Notes: a model not told the origin generated them from the letters alone. A stretch of 64,000 bases of DNA from Thalia democratica (GCA_965202585.1 OZ241826.1:21948001-22012000); one strand, 5' to 3'; positions 14,901 through 25,685 are shown, counted from the first letter of the stretch. Made by a program: numbers and translations.

Positions 14901-17900
14901 CTTCTAAGTGTTAAAATGTTAAAAAATTTTAAAAGTAGAGTAATAAAATTAAAGAACGTGAATTGTGCACTGTTTTGTAATAAGTACGACTTTATTGTGA
15001 TTAAACGTAAACAATTTTTAACAAATGTTTTTTCACTTTCAGGAACTACTTTTGATTTCGGACAAGAAATACAAGTAAGTAATTAATTTATTTTACTTTC
15101 TTATACTTAAACACACTTGTTAAATTTTTGTTTTCAATAAAAAGTTGTCAGTTTACTATTTATCTTACTAAATTATTTGCATATACAATGAGAGCTGCAA
15201 CTGTTCAAAGCTTTTTGTTTTATCTGTGTTTATTTTAACTATAAGATAACTACTTTTGCCAAAAATTAATGGTTTTCAATAAAAAATATTTAAAACTAGT
15301 TCATTAAATAACTCTATTCTATCATAAAGTTATAGTTTTAATAGTTGCATTTGCAGTTGATTACATAATTTGTAATGCACATTGGTATAGACAGTTTTTT
15401 ATAGCTCTGAAAGTCTGTTGTGTTCTTTTTATATCACAATTTTACTACGACAGTGCTGAAGTTTAATTAGTGCGGTTTTTGCGTACTAGAATAGTTAATT
15501 TTGCAACGTAATTAGTTACATATAAATCACTTAAAACCTACTTTGAATGGTACTTAGTTAAATAGTAATCCCATAAGATTACAAGCTTAATGGGATTTAG
15601 TTGTAGATAAATTAAAGTGTAAATTTCTAAACATTTTTTAAACGTTCAACACATTTAGATATAAATCAATTATATATGTTGTTATATAAAGTTTTTAGTT
15701 TAAATTGTTAAGTAATACTAATTAATAAATCCTACAAACTGTTTAAAATTACTTTCCATATTGTTTAACTTTTTTGTTTTACAAATCAGATTAAAGACCT
15801 TTACGTGACATTATTTCATTCAAAGCACTAAAGTATTTCCTTTATACGATCAAACAGTACTTCTGTGTTAACTTATTAAGTAGATTATCTAATAATTGAC
15901 GTTAATAGAAGTTTTTATTTACAGTTAGTTTCATTCATAACTAACTCCTTGCATAAAGGGCTTTAGTTATAACTGAACTAAAGTCTTTCCAGAAAATAAA
16001 ACTACGGACTTAGTACCTATTTTTTCAGTTAAAATTAAATAAACAACGTTACAGGTATCAATAAGCACAGATGATGATTACACCACTTACACTTGTAAAG
16101 CGGAAAACAGTCACGGGCTCGGTATAGTTAATTATGACGTCATAAGACCCAAACAACCCTCGCCTGTCAATAGTTTACAAGTTAGTTATATAAACTTACG
16201 TATATAACCTATAAACCTTTATAAAAGCTATTTGTGTTCTATAAAGGTATTATATTAACATTTACCTAAGGTTATACCTGTAAAACATCAGGTTTGCATT
16301 TTACACACAAAAAAAGTATGTCAGTTACTCAGGTCAAAAAAACTCTGTTAAAACTTTTGTAACGATATTATCTTATAAAAACTAAATAAAACAACAAAGT
16401 ATTTATGAAAATCCAGCAATTAGACTTAACAAGCTTTCAATGCAAACAGGTTACCAAGACAACGTCGCGACGATGTTATGTTTCATACAACTACAGTGGA
16501 AACAAAGATGGCGGGTTCAAGTATCGTGTTACTCATTACCAGGTAGTTTTTTTGGTTGATTAACTAACTTATTTTGCATATTCAAAATATGTTTGAAATC
16601 TTTGAATACTAAGCATAGTTTTTATGTCTTTATAACAGGCATTATCATAAAACAATAATATTTTAAATATTTTCATAAAACTTCAAAACCTATATGACAG
16701 ACAAAAACTATTGGTAACTGTTTATAACAGTTTTAATTAAAACAAACCAAAATCAAAAGATTTACGAAAATAATAGTTTTCAAATAAAATATAAAACTGT
16801 AAAACAATGACAAATTAGTACTTGAAGTTATTTTTTTCTTGTAAGTTTCAAACTCGATTTGATAGTATAATATATGTCATCTTGAAACGAGTTTCATTAC
16901 AGGTAGAAGACGGCGTGCAGAGTGGGGAAAACGCAACTTTGTGGGTGGAGAAGAATGACGTCATGCTGGAAAACCTGAAGTACAACTCAACCTACCAAAT
17001 AGAAGTTGCCACCAGCAAGTGCAAGACTACTTTCAGCGAAATATTGAATATCACATGCACTACAAAAGAATTAAGTGAGTTATATTAGGGTAGACTGTAC
17101 TATTGTATTGTTTTTTTTTCTAATATTAATTGTTTTCAACAAATTTTTCTGAGTAATTCATGATACAAGTTTAACATTTTTTTCTAAACTAAAAGGGTAA
17201 AAGTATTACAAAACTTGATATCAAGAGTATAAAGTTTATTTTTGTATAAGATTTTAAATATTTTATACTTTTAACATTTATAAGACGCAGTTAACATAAA
17301 TTTTTAAATTGGAAACAATTTTAAAAAACTATCAAAAATTCTTTTTTCATTAATAAATGTCTATAATTGGTTTAAAAACATGAGATACAACAAATTAACT
17401 TCCTTTTTCAGTTATTAACTTAACACAACATTTTTTTCTTAACAACCAATTACTACTTTTTAGAGCACCCATCAAGTATCAACATAACTGTAGACAGCAA
17501 GCAAGACGACTGTGACGAGAAACTCTGCGTAAAGTGGGTATTTCCTGATGTCGAGAGTAAAGACGAGATCAAAACTATCACCATCGTTTACAAAGAAGTT
17601 TATCATAATTTTTATTTTAACAATGCTTTGTTTCGTTTTAAACTCAAAAAAACTACTTAACACCAATATTACTAAAACATAACAACAATAAATTATAACA
17701 AACTTTAGTTTTAGTTTTTTTATGTGTTTTTCTACTTACGCAGTAGAGGTAAAAGGGCTTAAAGCTTTATTTTTAGGTAATAATTTTATTTCTTTTAGAA
17801 GGTACAAGTTGATGTAGAAATTTTGTTTTATAAGTATTTATTAAGTTATATGTGTAGTGTTCGCGTCAGCTTACTTTAAGTAATGTAAACCATCTTATTT

Positions 17901-20900
17901 GTCAAAGTTTTATACCGAAATAACTCTTAAATCCGGGAATAAATTTAAATAGTTTGAAAATTTTCAGAAATTTCGGTGTTCTAATCTTTAAGCATATACA
18001 TTAATCTATTCTTTCTTTAGTTTGTTAATAATAATACTATTCAAAATTTTTAATTCTAATAAAAGTTTTTAAGTATAGTTAAAATAAAATAAGTTTAAGA
18101 TAACAAAAGATTTGTTAGTTTAGTGTTTTATAGCTTATTTTGTTATAGAAAAAATAAAGCCATTACACTTCACATAATTAGATCTACATATAAAAACACT
18201 AGTTTTACGAATTTAAGGATCTGTGTAATTTAATAAACTTTTAAATCAGAAAACTCCTTCAAGATTTTTCAATATAAGTAAACCTGCTAATTAGGTATAA
18301 AAAAATTAGGTAAACATGTAAGAGTTGGGGTAAAAATAAATTTCTAAATAAGCATAATCACTTGTTATCCTAAATATACGTAAAAACTATAACAGAAAGT
18401 TGCAAAAGATGTTGAAAGTCCCAAAAAAGTTGCAAAGAAACAACTAAAAATGACAAGATACACTCATCAAAAAGAGTTTGATGATGGATTTGTAGCAATA
18501 AAAGGTACGCTAATTTAAAAAATGTTTTTTTTTATATTTAAAACAAAATCACCATTATTTTACTACTAGTAATCAACACTTTGCAGAAGGTATTGCCGCT
18601 AACACCAAGTACAGCTGGCACGCAATATTCGAAAACGAAATCGGTGAGAAGAGAACAGATAAGTTCGAATATCTTGTCATCAGTAAGTTCAGTAAATATT
18701 TGTTTAGGAGTGTTAAAAAATACATAGTATTGCTTTATTTTTTCTACAGTTGTTTTGAATTATGTTTAAATTTCTTAACTCTAGTTTCATAAATTAATTT
18801 ACAAGCTCGACAAGCACTATAAAATAAGCATTTAGTTTTTACAAATGTGATTTTATTTAAAAATTTATTAAATCTAATTATTCTTCAAACAGAGCAAGAC
18901 TCCCCGAGCAGTTCTGCCCCCACCACTAAACCCATTATGACGTCAAAGAGCCCAACATTTGTACCGTTTATCGTTGCAGCAATAGCGGTAGTCGCCTTGC
19001 TGGCCGGTTAGTTGAATTATGACGTCACGACACTGTTTGTGTTACGTCATAAACAGTCTGTGACGTCATGACGTTTGTGACGTCTGTTGGGTTGAGCGCT
19101 GCTTTTTGTTTTCCGTCTTTTTTACTAACAAACTTGTGCTAACAAAGATTTTGCCTGTTTTGTGATTGAAAGAGTTTTTTACTTATTTTGCTTTTGATGC
19201 AAGCTTAAATTTGATTGTTTTTATATTTGGCTTTGTCAGAGTTAATAACGTACATTAGCAACATTTTTTTTCAATAAAAATTTATTCCATTTATTTTACG
19301 ATTAAATTTAAACTTTTTATCGTCTAAGAAGTAAAACCAAAAGTACTCTATGAGTAATATAGTAAAGAAATAAAACAAATTTTGCTAAACTTCGTGCAGT
19401 AAATACTTTTGTGATTAAATTTTGTTTTCAAATATTTTTTTGTTTTCAATGTATAATATTCCATACTGTTCAAAGCTGCTAGCTTTTGAAAGCTTTGTAT
19501 AAGCTTTAAAGTGTTTTTGATTTTCTGCATTTTTATTATTAAACTCTTTTTACTAAAAATAGACTATTCAGTGTGCATTAGAGTACAACTTAACTTTGTT
19601 TTAATAAAAACTGTAAATACTCTTACTTGATACTCTAGTTTAACTTTTTATAAATATTAAATAAGTCAACAAAGTGTAAAAGACGTATGTTAAACAGATT
19701 TTATTGCAAGGTTTGTCTTAGTAATGGCTTTAACTAAGCTTTGTTTTTCCTTTAATGATTTTATTTGACAATGTGCGAACAATTTTGAAGTTAAAAACAT
19801 TTTCTTTTAAAATTCTTTGAAATTGATTAACTTTTTTTTTCACAGAATTAGTTCCGATAAAACTGTTTTTTAAGTCAGTTGACAAAAACTTAACTTTTAA
19901 CTAACCTTTACAACTGTTGAGTAACTTCAAAACTGAGATTTTTAAATTAAAAACGTTTTTATTAACAAAAGCATGGGTTTTCTAACAAGATCGTTTGAAT
20001 CAATAAAACAAAATTTGATTTGAAGTGTCGTCATTATTTACTAACAAACAAAAAAACTAAATAAAATATTAGAAATTAAACTGTTGCTTTTCTTAATAAT
20101 ATTCGAATTTAAAAAATGCGTCATTAAGTAAAATTAAGTTTATATAAAAGCTTACACTAGTAAGTGATATAAGCATGCTAGTTTTTAAAGTTAGAGTGAT
20201 TTTTAGTTTAAACTGCTTCTCGTATATATTTAGTTTGTAAGTTTTTGGAAATAACATAAGAAATGTTATGTTTATTAAAATTTTAAATACCCTTTACGTT
20301 AATGTTTTTAATTTATTTGAAATAAATTGCCTTAAGGTATACTAAAACTTAAGATAAAAAAGTGCATGAAGCTTACGAAAACGTTTGTAAAACTTTGCTA
20401 AAAATTATTAAAGAATATACGTATATAATATTTACTTAAAGTATGTATACACTTGAAACCAGTTAAACATTTTATTACAGTTGTGCGCTTAAATTCCAGC
20501 TATATTGCTTTAACTTCAACTCTATGTCATTTGTTTAGCATAAAATTTTTTTTAACATACTCTTACTTAACATCATTTTAGCAAAAGAATACGACCAAAT
20601 GTTAATTTTTTTTTTTTATGGCTATTTAATTATCATAATTAAAACGAGGTTTTTTATCCAAAATAAGTTCATAGAATTTTAACAGCAAACATACAAAGTT
20701 AACTTAATGATACATTTATTTGTCTAGAATTAACATTAAACATGTTTTTTGATATTTTAAATACATACTTTTTAAACTAAGCCTATACTATAAAATTGTA
20801 TTTAATTTTATATATTTAAAAAAGCTTACTAAAAAGTTTTAAAAACTTTAGGTTTTCTAAAAGATAAAATACTATCAATTATTTTAACAAAAAAGTCTAA

Positions 20901-23900
20901 GAGTATAATAACGTTTTGTGTAGAAACACTAACCTGTAAAAAATTTACCATTTTATATAAAGAAGCAAAGTTTACAAGATTACTTATGTAAATGTATTTC
21001 GTAAAACGACAACATGTTTTACTATGTGTTACTAGCATTTACCTATCTTAAGAGTTTTTTTATAACTACAGTTACAAAAGATATAATTATTGGTAAGGTG
21101 TTAAGTATAAATAGTAAACAACTTTAAGTATTTGCTAACTCTTAAAAGTTACGATTAAATAAGAGCTAAAACTCTTTTGTTTTTGCAGATAAAATTTTAA
21201 AACAAGTGAGCAAAAATGTTTAACTTTTAATGTTTTACCGTTTAGAACAAAAGTGATCTATTATTAATAAGAAAGTTAAAATTTAAACACAATAGTAGCA
21301 ATTTAGTTTGATTGAAATTTACACGTCTACTTTTGCACAAAATAAACACTTATAAGCCACAAACTCAATACTTTAAGTGGTCTAAGTGGCAGATAACACT
21401 TGCAATTTTTTAATACAAAAACCTTACACAAAAGCCTTAAACAGCTACACACTGTTGACTTTATAAATTTCAATTACTAAAATTAAAAACCATTTATCGT
21501 AGTAGGTTAGTTATTTTGCATAACAGTAGATCAAATCAGCATAAGTATCTTTGTTATCTTAAAACTCTTTTTTTTGCAATATACTTTTCTTTTCATACCT
21601 TATAACTAGTAAATAGACTGATGTTTTTGGTTTTAAACAACAATCATAGTTGAAAGTTTAACTAACATTTTTATAGTATTCCTTATTTCGTTACTTAAAT
21701 TTTCAAAGTTATGTTTTTTAAATTAAGTTATTTTACCTCTTATATTTAAAAAATTTTTTTATTTTATAGTTCTAAAACTCAAACATATAGTTTATAAGTA
21801 AGACAACATAATTATATAGTTGACATAATAATACAAGTCTCATACTACTCTTTTTAGGTATTTTATAATTTTAAAGAATATTTCTACCGTTGTGACGCAA
21901 ACATATTGACAGTTTAAACTGCTGAGTTTTATTAAACAAAGAGTTTGTTCAAGGCTTTAAATATTTTATCAATACATTCTACGAAGCTTGCTACGCGAGA
22001 ATAGCTACATATGTTTCACAACAAGCTAAACAGCAAACATTAGTAATATTTTAAAAGACATACTGCGCTGTACTTCAATACATATTTTGTTACACTTTTT
22101 GTACATTTTTATAAAACCTGGTACTAATAAAACACTTAAATTGCAGTAATATCAATATTTAGCACATTTTTACTAAACGAAGCATTATATCAAACCACTA
22201 GATAGATTAATTGTTTTATTAAGGCCTACAATGATCTGTAAAGAAAAGCAAGGTCTAAAAAACTCTAAGTTATAGAACAAACATTAACATTGTTTAAACA
22301 GACATATTGTGCTGTACTGCAAGACGTATTTTGTATATATTAAGTTTTCACTAAACAAAACATTATATTAAACCACTAAAAGTATAAACAATTTTATAAT
22401 GCTTAATCTATTTATATTATAAGGCTAAAAAAATTAAATTTATAAAACAAACATCAACATTGTTTAAACAGACATATTGTGCTGTACTGCAAGACGTATT
22501 TTGTATATATTAAGTTTTCACTAAACAAAACATTATATTAAACCACTAAATCCACCAACAATTTTTAAAATGCTTACAATGATCTATTTATATTATAAAG
22601 CTAAAAAAAATAAATTTATAAAACAAACATCACCATTGTTTCAACAGACATACTGTGCTGTACCGCCAGGCAGCAGGGACTCATTTACTTCATTTCAACG
22701 AAGTTTTGCAACCAGGACAACGAAAGTGAAAACCTCACTAAAATCGACGAGGAAAAAGTGGACCTTGAAAAAGCAGAATCGTTAGTATTTCTGTAAAACA
22801 AATATTAGCTACTCAAAAGATTTGTTTGAGTATTTATAGTAAAATTTGTTAATTAGAATTCAGCACAGCAATATGATAAAAAAAAGACAATTATGTTTTT
22901 ATGCACTGACCACAAAAAAAAGCCTTTAGTACAAACGGTAATAGATGAATTCATTTTTTACTAACGCAGCAACAGTGAAGAAGTCGAAGCGGACGAACCT
23001 GACAAGTGCGAACCGCTCATCGAAGAACCCGATCAGGAAGAACCTCTCATGGAAGATGAAGATGAGAAGATGGATCTGAACGAACGGTTGATCGAGGGAT
23101 CGGAGGACAAAAAGGAACAGCTGGTGGAAATCGGTGAGGAGAAGGAACCGGTTAAGCAGACTGAAGTGTTAGTATTTTTTTGTTATAATATTTCACTAGT
23201 TTTGATTATTTGAATTATGCAAAAGTTTACGACAATAGCTTTTTAATATCTTAAGTCAAATTCTTTAAAAACTAAATGGACTTAATTAAATATCGAAAAA
23301 AAAATTAAATGTAAACTATCATAAAGACTTATTAAAACTTTTGTTCACTTTTCAAGTGTATAAGGTTTCTAAAGAAAGTTTATCCAAGTTTCCAAAAATT
23401 TTTAATCAAAAGTGTTTGATTTGCAATCTTTATTCTTACGAAATATTTTAATGATTATTAGCTTTACATAGTTACTTTTATTACTTTTGACTTTATTTTA
23501 AAGTTTTTATTTGTTCAAGTAAATATTTAAAAATGCTTTTTTTTGCTACAGATAAAAGTATGCTATTTATGTTGCTAGTATTTCTAGAATAAGTTCAATT
23601 AATATTTGTAGGTTAGTTAAAACCAAACAACATAAATATAAAACATAGTGTGATGATCTATAAAATTCTTGTCTTCATTTATACTTTCTCTTCTTTTTAT
23701 TATATGTGTAGAACATTTTTAGTCTTTACTAGTTTTCTAAAATCTATACACAGTATAGAATTATTCTTTCTTGACTAAATGTTTTGAGTTTTGTAAAGCT
23801 AATTAAATCATTAGCGGAAGAAGTAACTCTAAGAAAAGCACAAAAACGTTTATCACTTCCGGCTCATCTTCTCTATCTTCGATTAGTGAAATAAGTGACA

Positions 23901-25517
23901 CATTAACGCCTGGAAAACAATTATCAAGCTCAGATGAAGCAAACACGCTAAAGACAACTGCGAAAACTTGTTGACATTTTTAAGTAAGAAGTGTGAAACT
24001 ACTTAGATTTTGTCATGCTTCTAGTATGGATCTTGGTTTATCAGTTTTATTTGAACAACACATTATAATCTAAGATTAGTAGCATAAAGATTACAAGCAC
24101 TCTTAAATTCGTATTAAATGTGTTAATGACTAATAAACTGTGTTAACTTGACCTACACTAAAAAAAAAAAAGATAACTTTCAAACTAGAGATTTTTTAAA
24201 GCAAATGTTTGTTTTTTACTTTTTATTTTAATTAATTCAAGCTTGCTTAAATTTTATTGTTTGTTTAAAAGACCAAAAGTTAAAACTACTTATTAACGGA
24301 AACACTTATTTTATTTATTGAGGAGTTTATAACTAAAAGCAATTAAACTTTAAAGTGTTTCTAGTGATCAGGGTTGCTTTTAAGAACTAAAGAAACAATT
24401 AAAATTTTTAAAGAATAAACTTTTGCTGTGAAAATTTTGTGTATACGATTATATTTTTGATTTTATAATAAAAACGATCGATTTTATCTCAGTTCACGTT
24501 TTTTGAGTGTTTTATAAGTTTTAGAACACTTTAATTAGAAAAAAAACAGTTTTATTAATTCTTACATACTCAATATTGATTAAATTTAAGCTTTGCTTAG
24601 TTTCATGTTTAGGTTCTATTGGAGTTTTATTTGTCAACATATTATTACGAAAGGTTACAAAAGCCTTTGTTCTTTAAACCGGTCGTCAATTACAAAAGGC
24701 TGCCGACCTCTGACATGGTATGACGTATTTTCACAGATGTACGTAAAACATAGTTTTTAAACAGTTTCATGTTTTCCTTCATTCCATAACTGCATTTAAC
24801 ATTTTGTCATTAGTTGAGTTTGAACTTGCTAAACAGTTTTAAAAAAGATACAATAACCAAGCTGGACTAGAAATTATCATTTTTATTACTTATTATTAGA
24901 AGTTTTAATCTTAAACTAAATGTTTTTACTTTTCAGAAAAATGTTTTAGTTTGTAAAAAAACTTTTTTGTTTTATATAAACATCAATCTCTGTTTTACTT
25001 TTTATGTATCAAAAACGCTTTCTTTTTGTTTTTGTTTAAAGGATACTTTGTTGCACAATATTTCTTAAGGTAATTAACATTTATTTTCTTTTGGTTATAA
25101 AATTTTATCAAGTGTGCTTATGAACTTAGTGTTTTTTTACATACCTTCAGCAAACTTTAGGTAACCTTCAAATTTTGGTTTGCATCAAATAAAATACTTG
25201 ATCATTTTTTTAAATTCTTTTAGCTCAAGTGCTTAAAGCCACACAACGGTAGGGCAATAATTTTTTTATACAAAAAACGCATTACTGTTGTTACGTTTTG
25301 TTAAAAAATAACATTTTTTTCTGTACGGAAATAATATATTAGACTGACTTCTGCCAAAAAATAAAAACAGCTCTACAGAATGTTATAAAATTTCTCAAGT
25401 ACTCCAAATATTTAACATTTTTCTTGTGATTACAGCAAGGAAATCCACGAGGAGAACGGAGATGTGGAGGAGAAGAAAAAACTGGTTGATGATCAGCAAC
25501 CAGGAGATCAGAATTGA
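1726..25517 (+). CDS. NCAM/Fasciclin-II-like Ig-superfamily cell adhesion molecule, 5'-partial (4 Ig + 2 FN3 + TM + acidic cytoplasmic tail; 19 exons, about 728 aa visible)
   Basis: Exons 1726-1839, 2574-2711, 7283-7391, 7790-7845, 9154-9249, 10706-10821, 13957-14110, 14532-14645, 15043-15074, 16055-16180, 16450-16542, 16903-17074, 17464-17597, 18396-18504, 18587-18682, 18893-19006, 22648-22780, 22970-23167, 25436-25517 all have AG/GT boundaries and join in one open frame ending at TGA 25515-25517. Ig motifs: DEGVYEC, DTGVYKC, YTTYTC. FN3 motifs: LENLKYNSTYQIEV, GIAANTKYSW. The TM is followed by DILCCTARQQGLIYFISTKFC, resembling NCAM DITCYFLNKCGLFMCIAVNLC. The signal peptide and first Ig are presumably upstream of the window. 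Confidence 0.88.
2574..2711 (+). CDS. NCAM-like exon: second half of Ig domain (DARFVKEDRKLIISNISESDEGVYECQITSEDTKIYRFLSINVTVN)
   Basis: ttcacag / gttagt; 138 nt; D-x-G-x-Y-x-C motif; overlaps ORF-track 2525..2716. Confidence 0.92.
2679..4000 (+). repeat. Decaying tandem array of the 3' end of exon 2574-2711 plus its splice donor (about 5 intronic copies)
   Basis: 2679-2723 is identical to 2851-2895 (45 nt). There is a near-identical copy at 3381-3425 and increasingly degenerate copies near 3548, 3870 and 3955. The first units share a spacer (ttgctaacccatatgagtttata...) and (AT)n tracts. Confidence 0.9.
3007..3272. mobile_element. MITE-like non-autonomous element with 23-bp perfect terminal inverted repeats
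   Basis: atttattgaaatggcgattttaa (3007-3029) is the exact reverse complement of ttaaaatcgccatttcaataaat (3250-3272). It interrupts a unit of the tandem array near an (AT)n tract; no clear TSD. Confidence 0.65.
7283..7391 (+). CDS. NCAM-like exon: Ig domain start (YAPRNVEIDGPNDLVQDEEENAVLACNAVGKPSPTI)
   Basis: ttgacag / gtttgt; 109 nt, phase 1/2; LxCxAxGxPxP motif. Confidence 0.88.
7790..7845 (+). CDS. NCAM-like exon: Ig C-strand (VWMKDEEVLENKNSSSLVI)
   Basis: tctgcag / gtgagt; 56 nt, phase 2/1; WxKD motif. Confidence 0.85.
9154..9249 (+). CDS. NCAM-like exon: Ig end (SNIIWSDTGVYKCIAENKVDKVESEGHKLNVK)
   Basis: atcacag / gttagt; 96 nt; DTGVYKCIAEN motif. Confidence 0.92.
10706..10821 (+). 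CDS. NCAM-like exon: start of atypical Ig domain (ILPSIYNSSAPSCVEGGSTSVSAKVEAFPGPDNLTISFD)
   Basis: atttcag / gttagt; 116 nt, phase 1/0; GC-rich island in AT-rich intron. Confidence 0.85.
13957..14110 (+). CDS. NCAM-like exon: end of atypical Ig domain (GIIIEKSFTKLTETTYEIKYEIGGCDRSQAGVYAVDVNSNGTSVDLTLSVT)
   Basis: tttgcag / gttagt; 154 nt, phase 0/1; QAGVY F-strand without Cys. Confidence 0.85.
14348..14542 (+). repeat. About 105-bp tandem duplication containing the acceptor and first 11 nt of exon 14532-14645
   Basis: aacag|gtccaccgaac (AG ends 14426) vs gacag|atccaccgaac (AG ends 14531); the upstream segments agtacaaaaat...aaaaggctt.taaac also align. Confidence 0.8.
14532..14645 (+). CDS. 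NCAM-like exon: Ig domain start (YPPNNKNVTKEACVGDKITLSCDVDADPVPHTYNWTKN)
   Basis: ttgacag / gttatt; 114 nt; ITLSC..ADP..YNW motif. Confidence 0.88.
15043..15074 (+). CDS. NCAM-like 32-nt microexon (GTTFDFGQEIQ)
   Basis: Strong acceptor tttcactttcag and perfect donor gtaagt; phase 1/0 is exactly what is needed to join the flanking exons. Confidence 0.8.
16055..16180 (+). CDS. NCAM-like exon: Ig end and FN3 start (VSISTDDDYTTYTCKAENSHGLGIVNYDVIRPKQPSPVNSLQ)
   Basis: gttacag / gttagt; 126 nt; DYxxYxCxAxNxxG motif as in NCAM Ig5. Confidence 0.9.
16450..16542 (+). CDS. NCAM-like exon: FN3-1 (VTKTTSRRCYVSYNYSGNKDGGFKYRVTHYQ)
   Basis: caaacag / gtagtt; 93 nt, phase 0/0; DGG..V..Y motif typical of FN3. 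Confidence 0.82.
16903..17074 (+). CDS. NCAM-like exon: FN3-1 end (VEDGVQSGENATLWVEKNDVMLENLKYNSTYQIEVATSKCKTTFSEILNITCTTKEL)
   Basis: cattacag / gtgagt; 172 nt; LxNLxxNxxYxIxV motif. Confidence 0.9.
17464..17597 (+). CDS. NCAM-like exon: FN3-2 start (KHPSSINITVDSKQDDCDEKLCVKWVFPDVESKDEIKTITIVYKE)
   Basis: tttttag / gtttat; 134 nt; VxW..P...I..Y pattern. Confidence 0.85.
18396..18504 (+). CDS. NCAM-like exon: FN3-2 middle (KVAKDVESPKKVAKKQLKMTRYTHQKEFDDGFVAIK)
   Basis: ataacag / gtacgc; 109 nt, phase 0/1, compatible with both neighbours. Confidence 0.72.
18587..18682 (+). CDS. NCAM-like exon: FN3-2 end (EGIAANTKYSWHAIFENEIGEKRTDKFEYLVI)
   Basis: tttgcag / gtaagt; 96 nt; GIxxNTxY...ENxxG motif. 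Confidence 0.88.
18893..19006 (+). CDS. NCAM-like exon: Ser/Thr/Pro stalk and TM (KQDSPSSSAPTTKPIMTSKSPTFVPFIVAAIAVVALLA)
   Basis: caaacag / gttagt; 114 nt; hydrophobic helix. Confidence 0.9.
19019..19069. other. 51-nt near-perfect inverted repeat containing clustered CRE-like motifs
   Basis: ATGACGTCAC-GAC-ACTGTTTGTG-TTACGT-CATAAACAGT-CT-GTGACGTCAT: two 10-bp stems (one G.U pair); TGACGTCA at 19020 and 19061, TTACGTCA at 19042. Confidence 0.75.
22040..22670 (+). repeat. About 170-bp tandem repeats containing the acceptor and 5' end of juxtamembrane exon 22648-22780
   Basis: aaacag|acatattgtgctgtactgcaag at AG 22301 and 22471 (near-identical units), a degenerate unit at AG 22057, and the real acceptor at 22647 (caacag|acatactgtgctgtaccgccag). 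Confidence 0.9.
22648..22780 (+). CDS. NCAM-like exon: juxtamembrane (DILCCTARQQGLIYFISTKFCNQDNESENLTKIDEEKVDLEKAE)
   Basis: tcaacag / gttagt; 133 nt, phase 1/2; NCAM/Fas2-like Cys-containing juxtamembrane motif. The ORF-track frame 22570..22785 is a different, wrong frame. Confidence 0.88.
22970..23167 (+). CDS. NCAM-like exon: acidic cytoplasmic segment (SNSEEVEADEPDKCEPLIEEPDQEEPLMEDEDEKMDLNERLIEGSEDKKEQLVEIGEEKEPVKQTE)
   Basis: ctaacgcag / gttagt; 198 nt, phase 2/2. A second in-frame AG at 22974-22975 could remove two codons. Confidence 0.88.
23815..23974 (+). CDS. Candidate alternative terminal exon of the NCAM-like gene (VGRSNSKKSTKTFITSGSSSLSSISEISDTLTPGKQLSSSDEANTLKTTAKTC*)
   Basis: Acceptor atcattag at 23814; 52 open codons in exactly the phase (2) left by the preceding exon; GC-richer than the flanking intron. 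Confidence 0.55.
25436..25517 (+). CDS. NCAM-like terminal exon (VKEIHEENGDVEEKKKLVDDQQPGDQN*)
   Basis: gattacag acceptor, phase 2, stop TGA 25515-25517. Confidence 0.85.
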
Positions 25518-25685
25518 CTAAAACCTGATTTCTACGTGGTTTGGATGGATTAAAATATATATATATATAAATATATAAAACTTTGCTTTATAAAAATAGA
25601 ATTAATGCAAAAAATTATTAAGCTTTCACGTTCTGTTACTTTTTGTTAAAACTAAATTGACTAAAACCTGATTTCTACGTGGTTT
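25512..25685 (+). repeat. 31-bp perfect direct repeat spanning the stop codon of the NCAM-like gene
   Basis: aattgactaaaacctgatttctacgtggttt at 25512-25542 and 25655-25685. Confidence 0.9.

Noticed and set aside
20481-20560. Candidate post-TM exon (VVRLNSSYIALTSTLCHLFSIK)
   Set aside because: Has an AG acceptor but no recognisable motif or donor; exon 22648 fits the NCAM/Fas2 pattern far better.
22040-22670. CRISPR-like appearance of spaced repeats (also 2679-4000)
   Set aside because: Units are about 170 bp with conserved spacers, lie in spliceosomal introns and derive from exon edges; no cas genes are present.
22570-22785. ORF-track 71-aa ORF (MLTMIYL...QTYCAVPP...)
   Set aside because: It overlaps the real juxtamembrane exon in a different frame; the frame set by the upstream phase-1 donor gives the NCAM-like DILCC motif.
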